A stretch of DNA of 64,000 bases from Planktothrix sp. GU0601_MAG3 (GCA_035193785.1 CP136572.1:2772578-2836577); one strand, 5' to 3'. Positions 15,966 through 27,127 are shown, counted from the first letter of the stretch. Program-made: numbers and translations. The notes: a model not told the origin generated them from the letters alone.

Positions 15966-18199
15966 ATGAGCGAAAACCAACAAGAACAAAGTCAAAGCCA
16001 ATCTTCTAACAAGACTGCTTCAGGGAGTTCACCCCAAATTCCCATTCGTTTCCCTGGTGAGAAAAAGTCGTGCGGAATGGCTCAAAGAACTTTGCACGAG
16101 TTTGGAAACTGGCAATACCCAACCAGCAACGGTCGATGAAACTCCCAGTGCTCCTGAATTAACCGAAACAGCCAGCCAGATTGTTCTTTACCAGCCGTCT
16201 CAAGGGTCACCTTCTCCTCAACCCAAAAAACGCCAACGCTTTGTTCTACCCAAAACCATTCCGGTTAATCTAATTCCCCTGGTTTTGGCCCTGTTGATTT
16301 TAGTTCCAGGGGGGATTGGGCTTTTAGCGATGAGTCTGTTGTTCCGTTTGCCCGCTTTACCCAATTGTCCTAAAATTTTCTGGCCCATAGCCTCGGCTTC
16401 CCTGCGGTTATATTGTGCAGAATCCGCCGCCAATAAACAAACCGTTCAAGACCTATTGATTGCTATTGATTTAGTCGATAGTCTATCAAAAGATCATCCC
16501 CTACGCCCTGAAATTAATCGCCAAATTGAAAAATGGTCAATGGATATTTTGAATTTGGCAGAGGAGATGTTTCAAGCGGGACAACTTTCAGAAGCCATTA
16601 CCGCCGCCGAAAAAACCCCCGAACATACCCCGGCGGCTGCCCAAGTTTCCAAACGCATTGACCAATGGCGTTCTATTTGGGATGAAGCGGAACAAACCTA
16701 TCAAAAATCTGAAGAATTAATGCGCCAAGAAAAGTTAAATTTGGCGTTTAAAGAAGCAACATTATTATTGAATTTAGGAAATAATTATTGGGCAACTACT
16801 AAATATCAAGAACTAACAGATTTGATTGCCATTACCCGTGAAGATAGCCAAAAATTGGCTAAAGCTAGAAGTTTGATCGCCCAAAGTAGTTTAGAGAGTT
16901 GGATAGAGGCGGCCGGGTTAATTGAAAAACTTTCTCCAGAGAGTTATTTAAAAGATGCCGGACAAAAAGAAATTACCACTATAGGTAATAAAATTATGAC
17001 TTTAGCCGAAGAAACCCTAAAAAATGGCAATTGGCAAGAGGCGATTAATATTGCCAATAAAATTCCGAGTAGTGCGAATTTACAAGAAAATGTTAAGGAT
17101 TTTACGGTCTTAGCAAAAGCCAATGTTCCAGCTTTATTAGATACGGTGGTGGGCTTGAAAAATGCGATCGCCCAAGCTCAAAAAATCGGTCAGGATCGGC
17201 CCCTGTATCAAAAAGCCCAATCCTATATCCGCAATTGGCAAGAATCAATTGCTGATGTTGCTACCCTAGAACGGGCGCGACAATTGGCTCAACCCGGGGG
17301 CGTGGGTGACCTGCGGGCGGCCATTGCCCAAGTCCAAACCATCCCCGCCTCGAACCCTAGGGGCACCGAAGCCAAAACCGAAATGGTCGCTTGGATAAGG
17401 CGGATCGAGGAAATTGAAGATAGACCCCTCTTAGACACGGCGGAACAATTGGCCAGTTTTGGCGATGCCGATTCCCTGAAACAAGCGATCGCTCAAGCCC
17501 AAAAAATTGGTCGTGGACGGACATTATATGAAAATGCTCAAGATCAGATCGCCCAATGGACGGATCGCAGTCAACGCTTGGAATATCAACCCATCCTAGA
17601 TCGGGCCGAACAGTTAGCATCCGAAGGTAGTTATGCCGAGGCGATCGCCCAAGCCCAACAAATTAGTTCCGGTATAGTCCTATATAACACAGCTAAAACC
17701 AAAATTAGCCAATGGAATAGTCAACTCCGGGATGCGGACAATCTCCGCAATTCGGAAGTTCTGGCCTCCCCCGGCACTCCAGACTCCTACGCTGCGGCGA
17801 TCAAAATGGCGAATCGAGTCTCTAATTCCAGTAAATTAAGAGGTCGGGTTGAGCAACTAATTGATCAGTGGGGTCAAAATCTATTGCAACTGGGTTTAGA
17901 TCAATCTACCTATGATCTTCCCGGTGCCATTAGCATCTTAAAGAAAATTCCCCCTCAAAGCACTGCCTATTCCCAAGCTCAGGCCCAAATTCAAGATTGG
18001 CAACAATGGTTAAATCCCCCCGCCCCGCCCCCGGAATATCAACCCCCCGTGGACACTTACGAAACCTCCGGCGGAACAGGCACAGCCCCCCGTCGAACCC
18101 GAGCAACCTTCCCCAGAGTCGGCCCCCACCCCAGAAGCAGCAGATCAAACTCCGATGGAGTTAAATCAACCCCTCACCACTCCATCAACAGGCATATAA
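15966..18199 (+). CDS. Single-TM alpha-helical repeat protein, conserved cyanobacterial type (frameshifts at 16048-16052 and 18061-18065)
   Basis: TM segment then LPNCPKIFWPIASASLRLYCA; repeated AIAQAQKI...AQ.QI..W units; Pro-rich tail after repair. Confidence 0.8.
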
Positions 18200-18210
18200 A
18201 TCAGTCATCA

Positions 18211-18238
18211 GTAGAGACGTGCCATGGCGCGTCTCTAC
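18211..18238. repeat. GTAG-type REP palindrome
   Basis: GTAGAGACGTGCCATGGCGCGTCTCTAC; related copies at 38058-38083 and 41226-41250. Confidence 0.85.
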
Positions 18239-18258
18239 CAGTCATCAGTTTATTACCT

Positions 18259-18397
18259 ATTCGTAATTCGTAATTCGTAATTCGTAATTCGTAATTCGTA
18301 ATTCGTAATTCGTAATTACCCATTACCCATTACCCATTACCCATTACCCATTACCCATTACCCATTACCCATTACCCATTACCCATTACCCATTACC
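18259..18397 (+). repeat. Two abutting heptamer arrays (ATTCGTA)x8 and (ATTACCC)x11
   Basis: Perfect tandem repeats between convergent genes. Confidence 0.97.
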
Positions 18398-20244
18398 TAT
18401 TCCTGTATTGTTAACATTTGCAAGTTATATAAACTCGCATATAATCCATTTTCTGCTAGGAGTTCGTCGTGACTTCCCGACTCAATCAATTGCCCCCGTT
18501 TTAATACTAAAATTCGATCCACATTTCTAATCGTTGAAAGGCGGTGAGCAATAATAATAGCGGTACGTTCTTTTAACAAACGTTCTAAGGCTTCTTGAAT
18601 TAAAACCTCCGTTCCCACATCTAAATTAGCCGTCGCTTCATCTAAAACTAAAATTTGAGGGTTGCGAATTGCTGCCCGGGCAAAGGCTAAGAGTTGTTTT
18701 TGACCACTGGATAAATTCGTTCCCCGTTCTCGAAGTTCGGTATTATATCCCTGGGGTAACTGTTCAATAAAACGATTCACATTGGTTTTTTCCGCCGCCT
18801 GTTGAATTTCTGCCAAACTATAGGATTCTCCCAGGGTAATATTACTTTTGACATCTCCAGCGAATAAAAAACCATCCTGTAAAATCACCCCAATATGACG
18901 TCTAAGTTCGGTTTGGCGTAACTCTCGAATATCAATGCCATCAACTAAAATTCGTCCTTGGGTTGGTTCATATAATCGACACAAAAGCCGAATAATCGTA
19001 CTTTTTCCCGCGCCCGTTGGCCCGACTAAGGCAACTTTTTCCCCGGGACGAATGGTTAAATTGAGGTTTTTGATCACATAGTCATCTTCTTTATAGGCAA
19101 ACCAAACATTTTCAAACCTAATTTCTCCCATTTGCACCCAATTTTGATCATCAGAATCTAGGGTAGAAAGATGGGCAGTAATTTGATCAAGATCCTGAAT
19201 TTCTATCGGTTCATTTAGAATATTATTAATCCGTTCAATTGCAGTTAACCCCGCTTGAATGGCGGTGAATTTTTCGGCAAATTGTCGTAGGGGATCAAAT
19301 AATCTTTGGGCATATAAAATAAAAGCCGATAACGTCCCAAAACTCAATTCATTTTCCACAACTTGTCGGCCACCAAACCACAAAACAACGCCAATGGCAA
19401 TTAAGGCAATCCATTCCAAGGTTGCGGATACCGCAGAATCATAAAAAATAGTTTGATCAACGGCTTTAATATATCGAAGATTAGTAGCTCTAAATAATTC
19501 AGAATTAAATCTTTCCCGACGGAATAATTGTACAACCCCAATTCCCACCATATTTTCTTGAAATTGGGAATTAAGATTAGAAAGTTCGTCTCTTGATTTA
19601 TAGTTTGCCTTGCGGTATTGTTGTTGAAAATAAACAATTACAGCCGTTACTGGAACCATCATCAGCACTAAAATTAATGCTAATTTCCATTGCATCATAA
19701 ACATCAAAATGGCAATGACAAAAATGGAAAATAAATCATTAATAATCCCAATTGCACCCGTAGAAAATACGTCTCCCAGGGCATCAACATCACTGGTTAA
19801 ACGGGTAATTAATCGTCCCACGGGAGTGCGATCAAAAAATTTCACCGCTAAAGAGGTGACATGATCAAATAAATCATTCCGAATATCCGTTGTGATTTGT
19901 TGACCTATTTTTTGCACCCAATATCCTTGGATTGATTGTAATAAAAATCTAACTAAAATAGTAATTAGAAGGACAATAGCCAAAACGTTCAATCCGTCCG
20001 ATAGAGACATTTCTCTGAGGAAGGGATGGGTTGTCGGTTCTTGACGGATGAGAGAAATCGCTTGTCCAATTAAAATGGGTTGAACTGCACCGGAAACCGA
20101 GAGGGGAACTAATAAAATCAAGCACAAAATTAATAGCCGTCTATTCCGTTTTGCATACTCAGCAACCCGTAGAAGTAAGCGCCAATCTGTTTCACGGGGG
20201 TTCTGTTCTTGAGGGGTATTATTAGGAGAAATTAGGGTGGTCAT
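18397..20244 (-). CDS. ABC exporter, fused permease/ATP-binding (MdlB/MsbA-like)
   Basis: TM domain; GPTGAGKST, LSSGQKQ, LDEATA, IAHRLST. Confidence 0.94.
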   Translation of the reverse strand: MTTLISPNNTPQEQNPRETDWRLLLRVAEYAKRNRRLLILCLILLVPLSVSGAVQPILIGQAISLIRQEPTTHPFLREMSLSDGLNVLAIVLLITILVRFLLQSIQGYWVQKIGQQITTDIRNDLFDHVTSLAVKFFDRTPVGRLITRLTSDVDALGDVFSTGAIGIINDLFSIFVIAILMFMMQWKLALILVLMMVPVTAVIVYFQQQYRKANYKSRDELSNLNSQFQENMVGIGVVQLFRRERFNSELFRATNLRYIKAVDQTIFYDSAVSATLEWIALIAIGVVLWFGGRQVVENELSFGTLSAFILYAQRLFDPLRQFAEKFTAIQAGLTAIERINNILNEPIEIQDLDQITAHLSTLDSDDQNWVQMGEIRFENVWFAYKEDDYVIKNLNLTIRPGEKVALVGPTGAGKSTIIRLLCRLYEPTQGRILVDGIDIRELRQTELRRHIGVILQDGFLFAGDVKSNITLGESYSLAEIQQAAEKTNVNRFIEQLPQGYNTELRERGTNLSSGQKQLLAFARAAIRNPQILVLDEATANLDVGTEVLIQEALERLLKERTAIIIAHRLSTIRNVDRILVLKRGQLIESGSHDELLAENGLYASLYNLQMLTIQE

Positions 20245-20391
20245 TCTAACTTAAAATTTAAGTGATTTTCACTTTACAAAAGTTTAACACGCCTGATGGT
20301 CAAACTGCCGTTGCGATCGCGTAGCGGCTACCTTGCAGCATCACACCGTCTATGAAAAATCTGTATCCAGAATATCCAAATCTAAATAACT

Positions 20392-20700
20392 CCTATTTCC
20401 CTATTTCCCTATTTCCCTATTTCCCTATTTCCTGTTCTCGTTCGACCGTTCGACCGTTCGACCGTTCGACCGTTCGACAGGCTCACGGCTCACGGTTCAT
20501 GGCTCATGGCTCACGGTTTCATGGCTCACGGCTCATGGCTCACGGCTCATGGCTCACGGCTCATGGCTCACGGCTCATGGCTCACGGCTCACGGTTCATG
20601 GCTCACGGCTCATGGCTCACGGCTCATGGCTCACGGCTCATGGCTCATGGCTCACGGCTCACGGCTCATGGCTCACGACGCAGCCTATTCCCTATTCCCC
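20392..20700 (+). repeat. Composite tandem repeat: (CCTATTTC)x5, (CGTTCGAC)x5, about 28 GGCTCAY/GGTTCAT heptamers
   Basis: Parsed directly: 20392-20431, 20439-20478, 20480-20676. Confidence 0.95.
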
Positions 20701-20996
20701 AGAGGGAAAAAATGTTTTTAAACCATTTCAATCCGTTTAAATCCGTTTAAATATATAACTTGTGATGATTTAGGTCACTTTTTGGCGATACAGATCACAT
20801 ATTCTTGGGTAAAATCTCACATAATTGTCGTTTTTATATCACATCAATTTAAGAATTAAAGATATATCCTAGTGGATATAACGTTCTTTATCTTTTTTAA
20901 AGAAACCTATGTAGTTAGGATCGCAGACAATTAATAGCTCAAGGATTTATAGTCTATTAGAATCTATAAATAGAATTTGAGGATATAGTAGAAACC

Positions 20997-22745
20997 ATGA
21001 AAACAATTCTAATTATTGAAGATGATGTTTTATTGCGTAGGAGTTTACTAAAAATTCTTCATGCGGAAGGATTTGAACTTCTCGAAGCCGATAATGGACA
21101 AATCGGGATCGAAATGATTCAAAACCAACAACCCGATTTAGTTTTATGTGATTTAATTATGCCGGATTTAGATGGGTATGGAGTCCTAGAACAGTTAAGA
21201 AGTAACCCCGATACCCTATCTATTCCTTTTATTTGTTTAACCGCCCAACATGAACGCAGTAATTTACGCCGGGTGATGGAACTGGGTGCGGATGACTATT
21301 TAACGAAACCCTATAGTAAATCCGAACTCCTAGCCGCCATTCAAGCTCAATTTAACAAACAAGAAAGAATTCAGAATCCCACCCCAATTTCCGAGTCTGA
21401 AACCTTGATTCAATTAATTGGAAGTTTTAATGATGAATCTCGCATCAACTTATCAGCACAATTGAATTTGCAGAGTAAATTTAAACAAATTGTTAGGGAT
21501 ATTGTCTCACCGGAGCAGTCTGTTCCCGTATTTATTTTAAGTTTAGATCGCTTAGAACGATTTCAAGATTATTTAGGTACAAATTATGGGGATATTTTAG
21601 TCCAGGCGGTGATTAATCGGATTCATGATGAAATGCAAAGGGCTGGATTTGTAGTTAAATTAAAAAGTGAAAAAATTGCCTTGGTTTTACCTCCAATTTC
21701 CGATGATAATGAAATTGAAGAAATTGCGATAAAACTTTTAAATTGTTTATCTAAACCGATTAAAATTTCAGACTATAAATTATTATTAGGGTGCTGTTTA
21801 GGGGTTTCCCTATATCCCCAACATGATAATGATTTTGATAACCTCCTGATTAAAGCTAATATTGCCTTGCGTCAGGCTCAACAACAGGGAACCCATTCTT
21901 ATTTTTTATATACTAATGAAATTTGGACAAAAATTCAAGATCGGTTCCACTTAGAAATTGATCTGCATCACGCCTTAGAGAAAGAAGAATTTACCATCCA
22001 TTATGAACCCCAGCTTGACTTAAAAACCGGAAAAATTACCGGAGCAGAAGCCCTATTTAGGTGGCAACATCCCCAACGAGGATTAGTTCCTCCGATTGAA
22101 TGTTTAAGTATTGCGGAAGAAAATGATTTAATTGTAGAAATTGATGAATGGATGATTCGTCAAGTCTGTCAACAGTTGCAAAAATGGCAAAATCAGGGAT
22201 TTCAAATCTCCGTTGCGGTGAATGTTTCGGGGGTAAAATTTCATCAACGGAACCTAGGAAGCTATGTGATGCAAGTGCTTAATCAAACTAATTTAGATCC
22301 AAGTTGTTTAGAATTAGAATTAACAGAAGGTGTTTTAGTGAAAAATCCAGAACGTTCCGTTTTGATTCTCCATGAACTCAAAGATTTAGGCATCGGATTG
22401 TCCTTAGATGATTTTGGGACAGGTTATTCCTCCTTAAGCTATTTACAAAAATTCCCCTTTGATACATTAAAATTAGATCGCTGTTTTGTTCAAGATGTTC
22501 ACCATCATATTAAAAATGCAGCCATTGTGAAAGCGACTATTGTTATGGCTCATAGTTTAGAGATGAGAGTCATTGCTGAGGGGGTAGAAACCGAAGCCGA
22601 ACAGGAATTTTTGCGAGATCATGATTGTGATTGTTTACAGGGATATTGGTTTAGTCGCCCCGTAGAAGCCCAGGTTTTTGAGCAAATGCTGAGGGAAAAT
22701 TCTCAAGAAACAACGACTAAACCCCTATCCTCTTTAGAACATTAA
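20997..22745 (+). CDS. Response regulator with degenerate GGDEF and EAL domains (c-di-GMP phosphodiesterase)
   Basis: REC (IEDD, CDLIMP, KP); GAEALFRW, DDFGTGYSSL, AEGVET. Confidence 0.92.
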   Translation: MKTILIIEDDVLLRRSLLKILHAEGFELLEADNGQIGIEMIQNQQPDLVLCDLIMPDLDGYGVLEQLRSNPDTLSIPFICLTAQHERSNLRRVMELGADDYLTKPYSKSELLAAIQAQFNKQERIQNPTPISESETLIQLIGSFNDESRINLSAQLNLQSKFKQIVRDIVSPEQSVPVFILSLDRLERFQDYLGTNYGDILVQAVINRIHDEMQRAGFVVKLKSEKIALVLPPISDDNEIEEIAIKLLNCLSKPIKISDYKLLLGCCLGVSLYPQHDNDFDNLLIKANIALRQAQQQGTHSYFLYTNEIWTKIQDRFHLEIDLHHALEKEEFTIHYEPQLDLKTGKITGAEALFRWQHPQRGLVPPIECLSIAEENDLIVEIDEWMIRQVCQQLQKWQNQGFQISVAVNVSGVKFHQRNLGSYVMQVLNQTNLDPSCLELELTEGVLVKNPERSVLILHELKDLGIGLSLDDFGTGYSSLSYLQKFPFDTLKLDRCFVQDVHHHIKNAAIVKATIVMAHSLEMRVIAEGVETEAEQEFLRDHDCDCLQGYWFSRPVEAQVFEQMLRENSQETTTKPLSSLEH

Positions 22746-22756
22746 ATCCCAAAAGA

Positions 22757-23401
22757 TTATGCTTTAACCATTAATTGTGCTTGTATTTGAGTAATTAAAT
22801 CTTTCAGTCCGCCCGTATTCAAACGATAACTTAAGGGATGGGCAATTAAGTAGGCGGTACTTTCAAATAACACCTCAATTTCCGTTAATCCATTTTGCTG
22901 TAATGTTTTACCCGTAGAAACTAAATCTACAATCGCTTCAGACATTCCGGTAATCGGCCCCAATTCAACGGAGCCATATAATGGTATGATTTCTACGGGT
23001 AAATCCAAACTCTCAAAATACTCACTGGCACAGTGGACAAATTTAGAAGCTACCCGACTATGGGGCGGTAATTCTACCGGAATTTGATAGGGACTCGATT
23101 GTTTAACCGCAACCGACATCCGACATTTGCCAAACTTGAGATCAACCAAAGAAGCCACTTGAGGCTTTTTCTCCCGCAGGACATCATAACCGACAATACC
23201 TAACTGGGCTTGACCATATTCCACATAAACCGGGACATCTTGCGCCCGCACTAATAACGCCTTAGCCGTTTGAGTGGGATCATGAATTTGCAGTTGTCGA
23301 TTGCTGGGATCTAAAAAAGCACTAAAATCAAGTCCAACGGCTTGCAGAAGTCGAATAGTTTCTATCAATAAAGCGCCTTTAGGCAGTGCTACGGTGATCA
23401 T
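22757..23401 (-). CDS. hisG: ATP phosphoribosyltransferase, short form
   Basis: [33 protein letters not shown]; 214 aa. Confidence 0.96.
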   Translation of the reverse strand: MITVALPKGALLIETIRLLQAVGLDFSAFLDPSNRQLQIHDPTQTAKALLVRAQDVPVYVEYGQAQLGIVGYDVLREKKPQVASLVDLKFGKCRMSVAVKQSSPYQIPVELPPHSRVASKFVHCASEYFESLDLPVEIIPLYGSVELGPITGMSEAIVDLVSTGKTLQQNGLTEIEVLFESTAYLIAHPLSYRLNTGGLKDLITQIQAQLMVKA

Positions 23402-23504
23402 AGGAATGAGGAATGATAGGATTTAGGATTTATCAGTGCAGTTCGCCGAAAATTCGGTATCTGTTGAAACGGCAATAATTACCCTAACTTTTATTTACCA
23501 GATT

Positions 23505-24147
23505 ATGGGACAGTTAACTCTGGTGATTGGCAATAAAAATTATTCTTCTTGGTCATTGCGTCCTTGGTTTCCTTCTGAAGCAAGCCGGAATTAATTTTTC
23601 TGAAATTTCAATTGATTTAGGTAATCCCGATACCCACAAACAAATCCGGCGCTATTCTCCATCGGGGAAAGTTCCGGTATTATTAGATGGAGATTTAACG
23701 GTTTGGGAATCCTTAGCCATTTGTGAATATATTGCTGAAAATTTTATTCATAATTTATGGCCGCAAAACTTAGAAGCCCGGACTTATGCGCGTTGTATCA
23801 GTTATGAAATTCACGCCGGATTTATCAATTTAAGGCAACAAATGCCGATGAATTGTCGGACTCGTTACCCCAGAGAAGGTATGAAGCCGGATGTCCAAAC
23901 TGATATTGATAGAATCACGGCAATTTGGCGAGAATGTCGGGCACAATACGGCTCTCACGGTGAATTTTTATTCGGAAATTTTACGATTGCAGATGCGATG
24001 TTTGCCCCGGTTATTTCTCGATTTATTACTTATGATGTTAAGTTAGGAGAAATTGAACAGGCTTATGTTGAAACAATTTGGTCACTTCCAGCCATGCAGG
24101 AATGGATTGATGCGGCTTATTTGGAACCGGAAATTATGCACTTTTGA
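23505..24147 (+). CDS. Glutathione S-transferase family protein (frameshift at 23567-23571)
   Basis: MGQLTLVIGNKNYSSWSLRPW, SPSGKVPVL, WESLAICEY, FTIADAMFAP. Confidence 0.92.
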
Positions 24148-24233
24148 CGGGTTTTTATGATTACCTGTAGGGGCGGGTTATGTAAAAAGTTATGTTTCCT
24201 GAAGCCGAAAACCCTCGATTACAGCCTAGATCC

Positions 24234-24339
24234 GATCCCCCTAAATCCCCCTTAAAAAGGGGGACTTGGAAATTCAGTTATCTCCTTAACAAAAGGGACT
24301 TGAAAATCCGATTCCCCCCTTAGTAAGGGGGGCTAGGGG
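24234..24339. repeat. GC-rich palindromic dispersed repeat interrupted by IS insertions (remainder at 25918-25933)
   Basis: GATCCCCCTAAATCCCCCTTAAAAAGGGGGACT ... CCCCCCTTAGTAAGGGGGGCTAGGGG [insertions] GGGGCTAGGGGGGATC. Confidence 0.75.
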
Positions 24340-24482
24340 CAGGGCTGTTTCATTCTTTGTAGGGGCAATCCCCCCGTGGTTGCCCCAATCCCTGAAACGC
24401 CTGCAAATCTGGGATGGGGAGGGTAGGCACGGGGGCACTACCCCTACAAAACCCGGGTTTCCCTGAGAATGAAACAGCCCTG
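24340..24482. mobile_element. 143-bp MITE with ISAs1-type ends
   Basis: Perfect 17-bp TIR CAGGGCTGTTTCATTCT/AGAATGAAACAGCCCTG flanked by GGGCTAGGG(G) duplication. Confidence 0.88.
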
Positions 24483-24491
24483 GGGCTAGGG

Positions 24492-25917
24492 CAGGGGGTT
24501 TTCATTTTCAAAAATGCGATCGCTATATTCAAAAAAAATCATCAAATTTTCCGGCAAAATTCTCTCTAATTTTTATTAGATAATTTGGAAATATTAAAAA
24601 TAAACGATTTTAATATTTGTTAACAGCAAAAGATAGCCATTGTCTTGATTAATAAGACTTTATGGCTATTTATTATTAAATATTTTTAATGTTTTTTGTG
24701 AAGAATAGTTTTAAAAACTTAATTAATTCAGGCGATCGCTAAAATTTTCTCCCAATTATTTCCTAACCATGACTGTCCCTCTTTTATTGAGACAAATCCC
24801 AAACTTCTGTATATATTCAAAATTAATGTTACTAATAACGAGAATTTCCCCGCTACGTCTATCCCTTTTATTCTTGATTTATCTTCATTAAAATTTACAT
24901 CTTTGACCCAATGTACTTGATTTTCAATTAACCAATGTGCTTTAATTTTTTCTGCAAATGTTTTCGCACTTAATTTCTGACTACTAATATAATATAAAGT
25001 CTCATTATATTCTTGATCACCCCGAAAACCTGTTCTTTCTACCTGAATAAAACTTTGAAGATGAGGATAATTTTTATGGTTCACATTTTGGCTATCAAAT
25101 ACTGATACTTTTCTGCTAATATTTCGTACATGACTGAAATCTTTTTCTTCATATACTGTTAAAGGTTTCTCGACTTTTACTAATTTTTTGATCTGCTTGT
25201 GCAATTTCATTTGATTGCCTTTCACCGTAATTAAATAATCATTTTTGCTTTCAATTATTGCCTGAGTTGTTTCCTTACTACAATGGAGAGCATCGAGAGT
25301 AAATACTTTATTTAATAACCCACATTCCTCTATCATAGAGAGAACTTTGGCGTTTTCAGAACTCTGTTTACTTTCAAAACTTTCCGATTTAATTACCAAC
25401 TTTGTTTCTTGACTAAACCAAGATACCATTATTAACATATTTTGTTTTTGATTTTCATAGTTAGTCAGGGTATTTTTTAAAGATTTTCCATCGATCGCAA
25501 TCCAATCAACGCCTTCTTTTTGCCAGTAATATTTCTGGACTGTTGACTGAAACATTAACTGAATTTCTATTAGATTTATCCCAATCATTACTCGTCTAAT
25601 TGTACTATAAGATGGCAATTTTTTAGCCTTAATTTCTAATAATTTAATTAGCTTATCTTCTTCATTTTTTCTAAAATTATCTATTTGCTTATAAGTAACA
25701 TTGCCAGTTAGCAGTGCCAAAATAATAATAGTCAACACCACCCATAATTCATGTCTTTTGCCACGATTTTTCCGAAAATCCTTGACTAACTTCAGTTGTT
25801 CAATTATACTGTTTAACATGACTTTTTTAAAACCAAATAAAAGTGATCTCTTTTTAATTTTACTGAAAAAAGATCACTTTTATTTTCTTTTTTACCCCCG
25901 ACTTTGAAAACACCCTG
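24492..25917 (-). mobile_element. ISAs1-family insertion sequence
   Basis: TIRs CAGGGGGTTTTCA/TGAAAACACCCTG, flanking GGGCTAGGG duplication, AT-rich interior. Confidence 0.92.
24728..25819 (-). CDS. ISAs1-family transposase
   Basis: DFR..RGKRH, PSYSTIRR, IAIDGK, TLDALH, VKGNQ, HWLIENQVHWVKDVNFNED. Confidence 0.95.
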   Translation of the reverse strand: MLNSIIEQLKLVKDFRKNRGKRHELWVVLTIIILALLTGNVTYKQIDNFRKNEEDKLIKLLEIKAKKLPSYSTIRRVMIGINLIEIQLMFQSTVQKYYWQKEGVDWIAIDGKSLKNTLTNYENQKQNMLIMVSWFSQETKLVIKSESFESKQSSENAKVLSMIEECGLLNKVFTLDALHCSKETTQAIIESKNDYLITVKGNQMKLHKQIKKLVKVEKPLTVYEEKDFSHVRNISRKVSVFDSQNVNHKNYPHLQSFIQVERTGFRGDQEYNETLYYISSQKLSAKTFAEKIKAHWLIENQVHWVKDVNFNEDKSRIKGIDVAGKFSLLVTLILNIYRSLGFVSIKEGQSWLGNNWEKILAIA

Positions 25918-26018
25918 GGGGCTAGGGGGGATCAGATATCGGGAGAAAATCAAGAGACTTTCAGTTTTATAACCTACTTTAATTATCTTAAATTTATCCT
26001 TTAATTATATTACTAATT

Positions 26019-26700
26019 ATGCGAATTTTATTGGTTGATGATGAAATCGAATTAACAGAACCTTTAAGTCGGGTATTAACCCGGGAAGGGTATACGGTTG
26101 ATATTGCCACGGATGGGGATTTAGGCTGTGATTTAGCTCGTCAAAATCAATATGATTTATTAATTTTAGATTGGATGTTACCGCAAAAATCCGGTTTAGA
26201 AATTTGTCAGGAATTGCGATCGCATTCTAATCAAACACCCATTCTATTTTTAACCGCAAAAGACACCCTAGATGATCGAGTTCAGGGGTTAGATGCTGGT
26301 GCAGATGACTATTTAATGAAACCCTTTGAATTACGCGAATTATTAGCTAGGGTTTCGCGCCTTACTCCGTCGTTATCAAGTTATAGAATCCCCCGTTAAT
26401 TCTAACCGTTTGCAAGTATTAGACTTAGAATTAGATCTCGATAATCAACTCGCCTATCGAGGTGGACGCATGATTGATTTATCAGAAAAAGAAAGCCAAC
26501 TTTTAGCTTATTTGATGCGCTCACCAGGACAATTATTAACCCATGATCAAATCCATCAACATCTCTGGGGAGATGGTGAACAACCGAGCAGTAATGTATT
26601 AGCAGCACAAATTCGCTTGTTAAGAAGAAAAATTGAAACTACCGGAGAAATTCCCCTAATTCACACGGTTTATGGGAAAGGATATCGTTTGGGAGAATAG
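26019..26700 (+). CDS. OmpR-family response regulator, RppA-like (frameshift at 26352-26356)
   Basis: LILDWMLP, GADDYLMKPF, repaired ELLARVRALLRR, IHTVYGKGY. Confidence 0.92.
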
Positions 26701-26803
26701 TTAAAATTAAAGGTTGAATTTCTCCAAATAGTGCTAATTTTTCAAGGGTTCGCATAATCCAAATTCTGCCATTAATTGTTCATGGGACATATTATTATGG
26801 CGT

Positions 26804-26869
26804 TCATAATGATGCTTTTTCGTTGTGGTCGATTAAAACATCGGTATCAATTAATAACATCTTAGGCAT
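26804..26869 (-). pseudogene. Truncated PIN/VapC toxin remnant
   Basis: MPKMLLIDTDVLID then stop after 21 codons, directly downstream of an RHH antitoxin-like gene. Confidence 0.6.
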
Positions 26870-26887
26870 ACTGACCAATAAAAATTG

Positions 26888-27127
26888 TTAAAATCTCTGC
26901 CATTCCTGACGTAATTGTTGTAAATCAGGGATATCTATATCTTCTCGATCAGCCCATATTCCTTTAGCTTGTTGTATTAATAAATATCGAGTTTGCCGTT
27001 GATAGTCTTTAATTAATCGTTCAACTGCTTCGCTAATTAATTGACTTTGAGTTTTTCCCGTTTCTCGTGAAATTTCAGCCAGAGCATTTTGCAGGGGTTC
27101 ATCTAAACTAATTTTAGTTTCAGGCAT
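26888..27127 (-). CDS. CopG/ribbon-helix-helix antitoxin-like protein
   Basis: TKISLDE..L..IS..TGKTQSQLISEAV; AKGIWADR..LR.EW tail typical of VapB-like antitoxins. Confidence 0.75.
   Translation of the reverse strand: MPETKISLDEPLQNALAEISRETGKTQSQLISEAVERLIKDYQRQTRYLLIQQAKGIWADREDIDIPDLQQLRQEWQRF

Noticed and set aside
20352..20750. ORFs with AHGS repeats; possible CRISPR array
   Set aside because: Translations of a 7-bp tandem repeat; no unique spacers and no cas genes
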